From Acidobacteria bacterium 13_1_20CM_58_21 (GTDB lineage: Bacteria; Acidobacteriota; Terriglobia; Acidiferrales; UBA7541): 51,597 nucleotides of DNA. Under the pieces are notes generated by a model. It searched no databases. It saw only the letters and a program-made list of their open reading frames with translations, and had not been told where the DNA came from. Of this stretch, positions 29,110 through 37,674 are shown in pieces. The stretch's first letter is position 1, and every line of letters starts with the position of its first letter. Where the stretch lies: contig MNIJ01000008.1 in NCBI GenBank assembly GCA_001919715.1, forward strand, positions 1 to 51,597. Direction: 5' to 3'. Both the position numbers and the translations under genes were made by a program.

Positions 29110-29280
29110 TGCGGGATCTCTCTATTTCAGGCGGAACGTTTCCAGCGCGTCGTGGTCTCCCGGCGGCAAAGAGATTGCAATCGCGTAGACGTCGGCGTCC
29201 GTAAAACTCACTTCCAGACGGTCCGCGTAGAGTGTTTTTCCGTCGGGACTCCAGGCGCTTGGGAAGGATGACCCGGGAGC
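29110..29280. pseudogene. Two head-to-head fragments of a WSPDG beta-propeller (TolB/S9 peptidase-like) gene
   Basis: Plus strand NVSSASWSPGGKEIA; minus strand APGSSFPSAWSPDGKTLYADRLEVSFTDADVYAI; they meet at palindrome GATTGCAATC. Confidence 0.55.
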
Positions 29281-29345
29281 ACGTCGGGGGGAGATGCCGT
29301 CTCGTCGATTGAAGCAAGCCCTCTCTTTGTCCTAGAATCTTGCTC

Positions 29346-29759
29346 ATGAACGTCGATTGGCTGCGCGAGGTTTGCCTTTCCTTTCCGGGTGCCACGGAAC
29401 AGATTCAGTGGGGCAGCGACTTGCTGTTCAAAGTAGGCGGGAAGATGTTCGCCGCGACACCGCTGGAGCCGGCTCCGGTGTGTCTTTCATTCAAGGCGGA
29501 ACCGGAAAGTTTTGCACAACTCACGGAACGACCAAACATCATTCCTGCGCCTTACCTGGCGCGAGCGCAATGGGTCGGGCTTCAAACCAAGGACGCTTTG
29601 CCGGCGGATGAACTCGCGCGCATGCTGCGCGATTCTTATGACCTGGTATTCGCGAAACTTCCAAAGAAGACACGCGATGCGGTCTCCAACGCAAAGCTGT
29701 TGGCGCGCAAGGCTCGAAGTATGAAACCAGTGAACAAGAAACGCAGCCGTAGCCACTGA
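29346..29759 (+). CDS. MmcQ/YjbR family protein
   Basis: CLSFPGATE..QWG..LLFKVGGKMFA, PAPYLARAQWV, SYDLVFAKLPKK; TAGAAT 7 nt before the ATG. Confidence 0.92.
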   Translation: MNVDWLREVCLSFPGATEQIQWGSDLLFKVGGKMFAATPLEPAPVCLSFKAEPESFAQLTERPNIIPAPYLARAQWVGLQTKDALPADELARMLRDSYDLVFAKLPKKTRDAVSNAKLLARKARSMKPVNKKRSRSH

Positions 29760-29829
29760 CTGCGGTAAGAGATATACTCCCCTGGATTCGGCACATTCGA
29801 AGGAAAAGGATGTTCCGTCGAGGTGGTCG

Positions 29830-30843
29830 ATGCTGGCACGCCTATCATTGCTCCTTGTTTCCACGATGCTTGTCGCTCCATCTGAGCTACGAGACGCAAG
29901 ATTAGCGTCACCTGCGGGAGGTCTGTTGGTCGTAGCCAATCAGAAGGATCACACCCTACTGGTCGTCGATCCCGAAAATCGCCGTGAACTGGCAAAGATT
30001 TCTGTGGGCGTGAACGGACATGAAGTCATCGTGTCCAAAGACGGTCGCTTTGCTTACGTTCCGATCTACGGAAACGCTGGCGTCGGAAGGCCTGGGACGG
30101 ACGGCAGCACGATTGATGTGATTGATCTGCAGGGGCGCAAACTCGCGGCCACGATCGACCTGGGTAAGCCCCTTCGCCCGCACCGCGCCGAATTCGGGCC
30201 CGATGGTCTTCTTTACGTAACCGCCGAGCTTGCAAATGCCGTAGGCGTTATTGATCCTTCCACGCGCAAGCTGCTCGCGGAAATTCCGACGGGGGAGCCG
30301 CAATCCCACATGCTGGTTCTTTCGCTCGACGGCCACCGCGGGTACACCGCCAACGTCAGCGCCGGCAGTGTGAGCGTGCTCGATCTGGTGAAGCGCAATC
30401 TCATTGCCACGATTCCCGTGGCAAAGAGTGTCCAGCGCATTTCCATCTCACCGGATGGCCTCCGCATCTTCACCCACGATCAAGATGCTCCCCGCATCGC
30501 GGTCATCGCGACGGCTACGAACAAAATTACGAACTGGATCGAATTGCCGGACGTGGCGTATGCGTCGGCGCCGACTCCCGATGGGCGCTGGTTGCTGGCC
30601 GTCAGCCTTGGCGCCAATCGGCTCCATGTCGTTGATTTGCAAACTCTGAAGGTTGTGCGTTCACTGGCAGTTCCGGAGAGATCCTCGGAAATCCTGATTC
30701 GACCGGGCGGAGAAATCGCCTACGTGAGCGGGACCGGTGCCGGCAAAATCGCCGTGCTCGACCTGCGCTCCTGGATCATGCAGCCGCCTATCGACCTCAC
30801 TCCGGGCGTCGATGGCCTTGCGTGGGTTCCTGCTTCACACTAA
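29830..30843 (+). CDS. YncE/YVTN-type beta-propeller repeat protein, exported
   Basis: Repeats LYVTAE..NAVGVID, YTANV.AGSVSVLD, ISPDG; N-terminal signal-like segment. Confidence 0.88.
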   Translation: MLARLSLLLVSTMLVAPSELRDARLASPAGGLLVVANQKDHTLLVVDPENRRELAKISVGVNGHEVIVSKDGRFAYVPIYGNAGVGRPGTDGSTIDVIDLQGRKLAATIDLGKPLRPHRAEFGPDGLLYVTAELANAVGVIDPSTRKLLAEIPTGEPQSHMLVLSLDGHRGYTANVSAGSVSVLDLVKRNLIATIPVAKSVQRISISPDGLRIFTHDQDAPRIAVIATATNKITNWIELPDVAYASAPTPDGRWLLAVSLGANRLHVVDLQTLKVVRSLAVPERSSEILIRPGGEIAYVSGTGAGKIAVLDLRSWIMQPPIDLTPGVDGLAWVPASH

Positions 30844-30946
30844 GACTCACGCAACGTGACAAAGACGAAACGGTCAGGTGGGAATGTCTGTGCGCCAAAC
30901 CTAAAAACCCACGCCACCTGTTGGTCTTCAGGCCGTGCCGCTGGGG

Positions 30947-31426
30947 TTACCGGGATGGTTCGAGATCCACGAACTCCACGTCGTACGGTATCTCTCCCAA
31001 TCGCAGATGTGCCACCGTGACCGGTAATTGAAATCTGCGCGGTCCCGCGCTTCCAGGGTTGACATAGAGCACGCCCTCGCGCTCCGTCTTTCCTGGTTTG
31101 TGGGAATGGCCACTGACGACGATTTGAAAACCGGCTGCGGCAGGATTCAAATCCAGGGTGTTCACATTGTGTAGAACGTAGATCATGGCCGCGCCTGTTT
31201 CCGCCACGGCCGTCTCCGGCAACCCCTGCGCCCAGGACTCGGTATCCACATTTCCCCGCACCACTACAACCTGTGCGATCGATCTTAGCTCGTCCAGAAT
31301 CTCCGGCTTCCCCACGTCTCCTGCGTGGATGATCAGCTCCGACCCACGCAGGGCTTCCACTGCTTCTTTGCGCAGTAGGCCGTGGGTATCCGAAATTAAA
31401 CCGATCCTTTTCACACCATCTGGCAC
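30947..31426 (-). CDS. YfcE-like metallophosphoesterase
   Basis: ISDTHG, HAGDVG, RGNVD, GHSH, NPGSAG; GTG 31426 lies 6 nt after TACGAT. Confidence 0.92.
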   Translation of the reverse strand: MPDGVKRIGLISDTHGLLRKEAVEALRGSELIIHAGDVGKPEILDELRSIAQVVVVRGNVDTESWAQGLPETAVAETGAAMIYVLHNVNTLDLNPAAAGFQIVVSGHSHKPGKTEREGVLYVNPGSAGPRRFQLPVTVAHLRLGEIPYDVEFVDLEPSR

Positions 31427-31480
31427 ACGTCGATCGTACCGCGGAACGAACGGCATGGCATGAAATCCGGCGAAACGAAC

Positions 31481-31540
31481 TGCTCCTCCTGACAATCTAG
31501 GGTATCGATGCCATCTTCCTGTTGACAGTCAGGAGGAGCA
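31481..31540. promoter_or_regulatory. Tandem PadR-type operator boxes / inverted repeat over the padR promoter and SD
   Basis: CTCCTGA-caa-TCTAGGG and CTGTTGA-cag-TCAGGAG; outer arms form the 13-bp inverted repeat TGCTCCTCCTGAC / GTCAGGAGGAGCA. Confidence 0.6.
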
Positions 31541-31546
31541 CATTTC

Positions 31547-31881
31547 ATGGTGGACAAGCCGAGCGACCCGGTTCAGGGCACGCTGGACATGTTGATCCTG
31601 AAAACATTGGAGCTGGAGCCGATGCATGGATATGGTATCGCCATGCGTATCGAGCAGATCAGTAAAGGCGTCTTCCAGGTGAATCCGGGATCGTTGTTTC
31701 CGGCATTCCGCAGGCTGGAACGGGCCGGCTGGCTCAAGAGCGAATGGCGGGACACTGCGAACAATCGGCGCGCTAAGTATTACGTTTTGCAAGCGCCCGG
31801 GCGCAAACAGCTCAAGGCGAGACCCGCGAATGGGCGAGACAAGCAGCGGCCATCGCGCGGATTCTCGAGGCGGAGTCGTAG
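31547..31881 (+). pseudogene. Acidobacterial PadR family regulator with a 1-nt frameshift near the C-terminus
   Basis: QGTLDMLILKTL..PMHGYGI, GSLFPA..RLE..GW..SEW...NNRRAKYY; the usual tail ETREWARQAAAIARIL is in another frame after about 31819. Confidence 0.8.
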
Positions 31882-31891
31882 GAGGTAAGCG

Positions 31892-32355
31892 ATGTCACTG
31901 CTGCGAAATCTGGCGGGTGGTCTGCGGGGATTGTTCCGCAAGCAACAGGTCGAGCGCGAAATGGATGAGGAACTGCGCGGGTATCTGGACGCCGCCGTGA
32001 ACGAGAAGATGCGCCGCGGGATAAACCGCGAACAAGTGGTGCGGGCCGCGCGTATCGAGATGGGCGGCGCGGAGCGCTGACGTGTGTCCTATTTGGGCTG
32101 GCTCCGGCGTTGCGGGCAACGCTAGTGTCCCCGGGAGCGGTGCTTAGAGTCGAGCGGACGGAGCGGCACGAGTGGTCGCGCACTGTTTGGGTTGCGGCGC
32201 GTTCTCGTGGTTTCGCAGATCGCCATGTCGCTCATGCTGGTTGTTGGGGCGATTCTCTTTGCGCGGAGCCTGCAAAACCTGACAACACTGGATGCGGGAT
32301 TCACGCAAAACGGGATGCTGGAGCTGGATCTGGATCTGGACCTGACCGCGCTCCG
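31892..32355 (+). pseudogene. ADOP-type (MacB/FtsX duplicated) ABC permease remnant with large deletions
   Basis: Prefix LRGLFRKQQVEREMDEELRGYL joined to mid-protein LFGLAPALRAT and LRRVLVVSQIAMSLMLVVGAILFARSLQNL..LDAGF; then truncated. Confidence 0.85.
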
Positions 32356-32357
32356 GT

Positions 32358-32735
32358 TTACGCGGAGATTTTGGTGGGAACGATCCGACGCAGCGGTTTG
32401 GAGCCCGGAATCGGGAACTGCATGTGCCAAAAGTTTATTTCCGGCGAGATGAACTCCACCCCGATATACTGCTTGCCGTCGCGAGCCCGATGGATCGAGA
32501 TGACACGGGACTCCATCGACTGCGCGGTGTGATCATTCATCAGGATCAGCGTTTGTCCCACCAACACGATCTCCTCAAGCTGAAACAACGCCCCGTGCCG
32601 GTTCACCGACTGCGCATGGGTCTGCGCGGAGAACTTCTCGCCGGCGTCTGTCTTTCCGTGGACGGTCAACGGCACGGTCAGTGCTACCCTCAGGGTACGA
32701 CGACGTTCTTTGCAACGAAAGTGAAGCAGGGACAT
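32358..32735 (-). CDS. Stand-alone PilZ-like domain protein
   Basis: ERRRTLRV (RxxxR), SVNRHGA, YIGVEF...NFW. Confidence 0.75.
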   Translation of the reverse strand: MSLLHFRCKERRRTLRVALTVPLTVHGKTDAGEKFSAQTHAQSVNRHGALFQLEEIVLVGQTLILMNDHTAQSMESRVISIHRARDGKQYIGVEFISPEINFWHMQFPIPGSKPLRRIVPTKISA

Positions 32736-33835
32736 TTCGGCTTCGACCTCATCTGATTTATGAATCCACGACGTCTGACCAGCTTCAACCCACACGTCTA
32801 CACTTACTGTGTCGTGTCAGCATGGTGCTAAAAAGACAGAGTGACAAAATAGAAGTGACCAGCACTAACCTTGCCCACACACCCCCATACTGCCTACTTA
32901 CAACTTCAAAAACAATGGCGGAACGGTACCACAAAAGGAAGTCCTATAACAGTACCGTCGTACCACCCCTATCTTCCCATACTGCTTGCTACCAGGCCCG
33001 GTAACAATCTCGATTCCGCCCCTACCTCGTCGCAAACGCAACATTCTTGGCAACTTGGCGGCTCGCGCCGGGGACCTCTGCACGTAGATGCCGGCGGCAG
33101 CTAGGGCCCGAGGGGGCTCTCCTTAGGTAGAGTTTCTCACTGGCCTATCGTTTCAATGGGGCTTGGTGCTCCAACACCGTGGAAATACGTGAGAAACGCG
33201 CGCCTCACCGAGTCCAACACAAATGGTCAAGAGCAAGCTATTGGAAGACGGAGGACCGTCTACGCGCGCACGACGACTCCTGTGACGGTACATTCCGACC
33301 GGCCTGGTCCGCGCTGATCACAGCATCCAGGTCGCACAGATCGTGGTTCTCCCGGGATACCTTCAGGTGCACTAGCCGGTGAACGCTTTCCACTACGCCA
33401 GCGCCGGCGGGCGTATCGCCACACTCCTGATGGGCGCTGCGATTCGGCTTCCATACCCCTGCAACCGTCTCAGCGAGTCTCTTGCGATCGTGCAGGCACT
33501 TACCAAGCCCAACTTACGGCGCATGCGGCCATGCTATTGGCCCGGGTATCCGGTTTTTTGGCCCCTCCCTCATTCCAGCCTGGATACCGATGGGTGCCTG
33601 CTGCCGGCCGAGCGCCAGCCTCGCCGGCACTGGTTGCCTCTCTGGCGCTTTGTCGGATGTTCTTTCAGCCGCTGCTCGGGCTCGCACTTCAGAAGGCAGG
33701 AGCGCAGCGCCGTTTCTGCGGGCAACTCACATCGGAGCATGTTGCTCATCGCCGCGCTGGTCCTCTCCCACGTGTGGCTCAACATTGATCTCCTGCCCAT
33801 CACGGACGGCCTTCGAAATCCTGGACATTCAAAGC

Positions 33836-34768
33836 TCATTCGTTCTCTAGCAACTTCACAAGGTGCAGCGGGTTCACCCGCGCTCTTTCCACTGTGAGTC
33901 CCCAGTGCAGGTGCGGTCCGGTGACGCGCCCGGTCGCTCCGACTTTTCCCAGGGAGGCGCCCGCTTCCAAAGTGTCTCCCACCTTCGCGTCGATCTCCGA
34001 GAGGTGCCCATAGAAGGTGTAAATTCCCAGACCATGATCCAATACAACAGTATTTCCGGCGAAGAACAATTCCTCTGCCAGCACCACCTTCCCGCGCTGC
34101 GCGGCGTGCACTGGCGTTCCAGTGGTCCCGGGCAGATCCACCCCGCCATGTGGTGTCCCGGGATTCCCATTCAGAATTCGCCGCCTTCCAAAATTCGAGC
34201 CCGTGGTCACGCCATCCAGCGGCATTCGAAACTTTCCGTCCCATAAGCGCTCCGGCGTCACGCGGTCAAAAATATCGCGCAACTTCTGGCGCTCTTGGTC
34301 CGCGCGCTTGATTTGTTCCGGGCTGGGCTCCACGAACTGTTTCCCCACCTGCAATTTTTCCGTCGCGAACCGGCCTTTCCTCACTGTCACCGTCGCGCTA
34401 CAGCTCATTTTCTCACCGCGCGCCGTTTGCCCGGTGACCTTCAACGCGTATGCGCCGGGCGCCTTTTCGAGGTCAACCCCCAGCAAACCTTTTCGCTGGG
34501 TTTCACTTGCAACCTCCCTCCAGAACGGGACGCTCCGCCCGCCCCAATTTCCTTGCACTTCCGACAAGGGCTTCGCGCTTTTCACCTCTATCAGCAGCAA
34601 ACTTCCCTGAATTGATTCTGGCGCGCTCAATCGCAATGTTGTTCCCGCAGTGCAAGTGCCGGCCCCTTTCGCCATGGCTCCGGCTGGAAGCAGCGCGGCG
34701 GCGGCCAGACACCCCAGGGCGAAGAACATCCCCAGCTCTCGGACTATCGTTCTGCCTTGCGAGCTCAT
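33836..34768 (-). CDS. M23 family metallopeptidase
   Basis: HGGVD, GNTVVLDHG..YT.YGHL, GATGRVTGPHLHW; signal peptide. Confidence 0.93.
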   Translation of the reverse strand: MSSQGRTIVRELGMFFALGCLAAAALLPAGAMAKGAGTCTAGTTLRLSAPESIQGSLLLIEVKSAKPLSEVQGNWGGRSVPFWREVASETQRKGLLGVDLEKAPGAYALKVTGQTARGEKMSCSATVTVRKGRFATEKLQVGKQFVEPSPEQIKRADQERQKLRDIFDRVTPERLWDGKFRMPLDGVTTGSNFGRRRILNGNPGTPHGGVDLPGTTGTPVHAAQRGKVVLAEELFFAGNTVVLDHGLGIYTFYGHLSEIDAKVGDTLEAGASLGKVGATGRVTGPHLHWGLTVERARVNPLHLVKLLENE

Positions 34769-35208
34769 CGCTGCTCCCGCATCGCCGCCACACGCTCCTC
34801 AACTTTCTCAAATTGCGCTCTCGCCATCTTCGATCCCAGAATGGCCTTTTCCATCGTGAGAAACAGATCGGGATTCTTCATCTTCTCGCGAATTTCTAGG
34901 AGGAAGGGCCGCACCTTGGCAAAGATAAAGTATAGTTCTCCGCAAAATGACAGCTGAAAGAAAAGCTTTTCACTCACCACTCCATTCAGAACAAATGACA
35001 CGGCAATTCCCCAGTAGCTGCCCACCTGTCTCAGCCAGTTGTTCTCTTCCGACCCCATGGTCGTTGCCACTTTCACGAAGTCATCCGCATTCTTGGGCCA
35101 GAACGTGATCAGCCACCATTGCCTGGCCTTCCGAAGCTCCGGCTCGCGCCTCAGGTCGTAAAGCTCGAGTATCAGCCTGGCATCATCGACAGTCGGTTTT
35201 TTCGGCAT
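34765..35208 (-). CDS. Conserved hypothetical protein (DUF4760-like)
   Basis: DARLILELYDLRREPELRKARQW, LRQVGSYW; SD GGGGAGG; stop overlaps the M23 start (ATGA). Confidence 0.75.
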   Translation of the reverse strand: MPKKPTVDDARLILELYDLRREPELRKARQWWLITFWPKNADDFVKVATTMGSEENNWLRQVGSYWGIAVSFVLNGVVSEKLFFQLSFCGELYFIFAKVRPFLLEIREKMKNPDLFLTMEKAILGSKMARAQFEKVEERVAAMREQR

Positions 35209-35469
35209 CATCTCCTCCCCAGGAAATCTGAGATGCAATTCTACCTTATCAGCCGCCAGGGTCTTTCTCTGCCACTTTAGGGTGTCCGGCAACGCGACAC
35301 TCTCATCCCGCCAACGGACGCAGGCAAGCCCGCAGAATCCCTTGCTCTTGCCAGAAGTCTATTGGATTCTATGGCTTCCGCCTTTTCCGTCTGCGGCATC
35401 AAGATTGCCTTGATGCTCTGCCGGAAAGCTCGTCCTCCGCATCTTCAACACCCCCTCAAGGAGGCTTCC

Positions 35470-35928
35470 GTGAAAAAGATCGATCGTATGCGAGAGAAAG
35501 TCAGCATCTTGCCGACATCCGTTTACTTGTCGAAGATGCACGATGCGGGTTGGAGCCTGGTCGCCCTGGAATGGGAACGCGAAGTCGAGACTTCCGCCCA
35601 GGCTGAAGAGCAGGAAGCTCCCAGCGCCGCTGAGGAAATCCCGTTCGGCCTTCGCATTGCCTCCGACTGCCGCCATCTGGAAGACGATCCCTTGGAAATG
35701 CAAACTCTCAAGTCCCTCGCGGAAATGATCGTCCAGGACGTCTCTTTCACGAGCATGGCGGACGCCCTAAACGTCCGCGAGTATCGTACGCGCGACGGCC
35801 GACCATGGACCGCCGCTGGCGTCTTCAAACTCACGCCCCGCCTGATCGACGTAGCCCCGCGCGTGCTCTCCGGCGCCCAGTGGGAGTCCCGCAAGAAACA
35901 GTTGTCCCGCGTCACCTGGAACTCTTAG
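35470..35928 (+). CDS. Small protein with a serine-recombinase DNA-binding 'Recombinase' domain and no catalytic domain
   Basis: IPFG....E..(L)..MADALN.REYRTRDGRPWT..GV; SD AAGGAGG before GTG 35470. Confidence 0.7.
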   Translation: MKKIDRMREKVSILPTSVYLSKMHDAGWSLVALEWEREVETSAQAEEQEAPSAAEEIPFGLRIASDCRHLEDDPLEMQTLKSLAEMIVQDVSFTSMADALNVREYRTRDGRPWTAAGVFKLTPRLIDVAPRVLSGAQWESRKKQLSRVTWNS

Positions 35929-36181
35929 CAACAGTAGATCGCGACCCGCCGCCCGCCATCTCGGCAGCCAGGACACCATGGCGGCAATCTGGGAAGACCG
36001 CTCAGGCTGTCGTGACGAAAGTTGCGAAGTCGATCGGCTTAGTGACTACCAGTTTTGTGGTCCTACCGTCGGTGACGGGAAGAGTGCGATTAGACCAGTT
36101 GTCACCCGCTTTTGCTATGCTGAATGTCGCAAGTGGCTTGCGGCCCCCAACCCATCCGCCTGTGCAACCGCAAGGAGCCCC

Positions 36182-37624
36182 ATGCAGTCGCTTCGCCTGA
36201 ATCCCATCCTCAACACGGACTCCTACAAGCTCACCCACTGGTGGCAATATCCCCCGGACACTCGCCACATCTATTCCTATGTCGAATCCCGCGGCGGCAT
36301 GTTCGACCAGACCATGATGGCCATGCTGCAATACATCATAAAGTCCAATTTCGCCGGCCACGTATTCACCCTCGACGATGTCGAAGAAGCCCGCCGTATC
36401 GCCCACGCGCATTTCTCCGGCCACACGAAAACTTTCAATTACGCGGGCTTCAAATCTCTCTACGCGAAGCACGGCGGGCGATTGCCTCTCCGCATCCGCG
36501 CCGTCAAGGAAGGCACGGTAGTCAAAAGCCACAACGCTCTCATAACCATAGAGAACACCGACCCGGAGTTTTACTGGCTGACTAACTGGGCCGAAACTGT
36601 TCTCCTGCAAGTCTGGTATCCCATCACTGTTGCCACGCTCTCCCGTGCGATCAAACAGGTCATCGGCAAAGCCCTCGCCCGCACCGGCGATCTCTCGCTT
36701 CTTCCCTTCAAGCTCCACGACTTCGGATTCCGCGGCGTCTCGTCCAAGGAATCTGCCGCCATTGGCGGCGCCGCGCATCTGCTCAATTTTCTCGGCACCG
36801 ACACGCTTGCCGCCGTACAGATTCTCAATCAGTTTTATTCCGCCGATCTCAGCGCTCAGAATCCGCTCGACTGTGCCGCCTACAGCATCCCTGCTTCCGA
36901 GCATTCCACCATCACCGCGTGGGGCGAAGCGCATGAGCTCGACGCTTACGCCAACATCCTCGCAAACTGTCCCCAAGGAGTCGTGGCGTGCGTCAGCGAT
37001 TCCTACGACATCTACAATGCCGTCCGCAACCTCTGGGGCGGCGCGCTGCGCGACAAAGTCATGCAAAGGAAAGGCACGCTGGTGATTCGCCCTGATTCCG
37101 GCGAAGCCGTGACCATCCTCGAGGAGCTCTTCAAAATTGTCAGCGAGAAATTCGGCTACGAAGTAAACCGCAAAGGCTGGAAAACCACCGTTCCGTGCGT
37201 GCGTTTCATCCAGGGCGACGGCGTCAACTTCTACACTATCCAAAACATTACCACGCAACTCACGCGCAAAGGCTGGTCGCAAGACATCTGGAGCTACGGC
37301 ATGGGCGGCGCTCTGCTGCAACAAGTCAACCGCGACACGCTGAAATTCGCTCTAAAGTGTTCCGCCATCGACCGCAACGGCAAATGGCACAATGTTTACA
37401 AGAACCCGAAAACCGATCCGTCGAAAGCCAGCAGGGGAGGCCGCTTCAACCTGGTTCAAAACGAAAAGGATTTCGCTACCGTCGAAGTCGTTGACGGCGC
37501 TCCGATCCCGTCCAACAACGTCCTCGAAACCATTCTCGAAGACGGCAAACTCCTGCGCGATCAGACTCTCGCGGAAGTTCGCGCCATCGCTTCTTCCTAC
37601 GACACCTACAATGATTCCGACTGA
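36182..37624 (+). CDS. nadV: Nicotinamide phosphoribosyltransferase (NAMPT/NadV type)
   Basis: TDSYKLTH..QYP, YSYVESRGG, WYPITVAT, KLHDFGFRG, SIPASEHS, VSDSYD, IRPDSG, IQGDG, GMGGALLQ..NRDT. Confidence 0.9.
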   Translation: MQSLRLNPILNTDSYKLTHWWQYPPDTRHIYSYVESRGGMFDQTMMAMLQYIIKSNFAGHVFTLDDVEEARRIAHAHFSGHTKTFNYAGFKSLYAKHGGRLPLRIRAVKEGTVVKSHNALITIENTDPEFYWLTNWAETVLLQVWYPITVATLSRAIKQVIGKALARTGDLSLLPFKLHDFGFRGVSSKESAAIGGAAHLLNFLGTDTLAAVQILNQFYSADLSAQNPLDCAAYSIPASEHSTITAWGEAHELDAYANILANCPQGVVACVSDSYDIYNAVRNLWGGALRDKVMQRKGTLVIRPDSGEAVTILEELFKIVSEKFGYEVNRKGWKTTVPCVRFIQGDGVNFYTIQNITTQLTRKGWSQDIWSYGMGGALLQQVNRDTLKFALKCSAIDRNGKWHNVYKNPKTDPSKASRGGRFNLVQNEKDFATVEVVDGAPIPSNNVLETILEDGKLLRDQTLAEVRAIASSYDTYNDSD

Positions 37625-37646
37625 TGGCTCGCAGCGTAATGTGCAC

Positions 37647-37671
37647 GGGCGGGCCTTGGCCCGCCCATTTT
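37647..37671 (+). terminator. Hairpin terminator between convergent genes
   Basis: GGGCGGGCC-TT-GGCCCGCCC followed by ATTTT. Confidence 0.55.
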
Positions 37672-37674
37672 CGC

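Noticed and set aside
32322-32345. CTGGAT/CTGGAS hexamer run (LELDLDLDL)
   Set aside because: Short slippage inside the ADOP pseudogene; no functional implication.
32740-33180. Sigma-54 promoter or c-di-GMP riboswitch upstream of the PilZ-like gene
   Set aside because: No correctly spaced TGGCAC-N5-TTGC and no GEMM-like consensus found.
33179-33830. Patchy hydrophobic ORF fragments upstream of the M23 gene end
   Set aside because: Probably a degraded gene, but no frame gives a recognisable family.
36010-36180. Possible NAD-related riboswitch or NrtR site upstream of NAMPT (repeated GTGAC words)
   Set aside because: No convincing stems or recognisable consensus by eye; would need an Rfam or motif scan.
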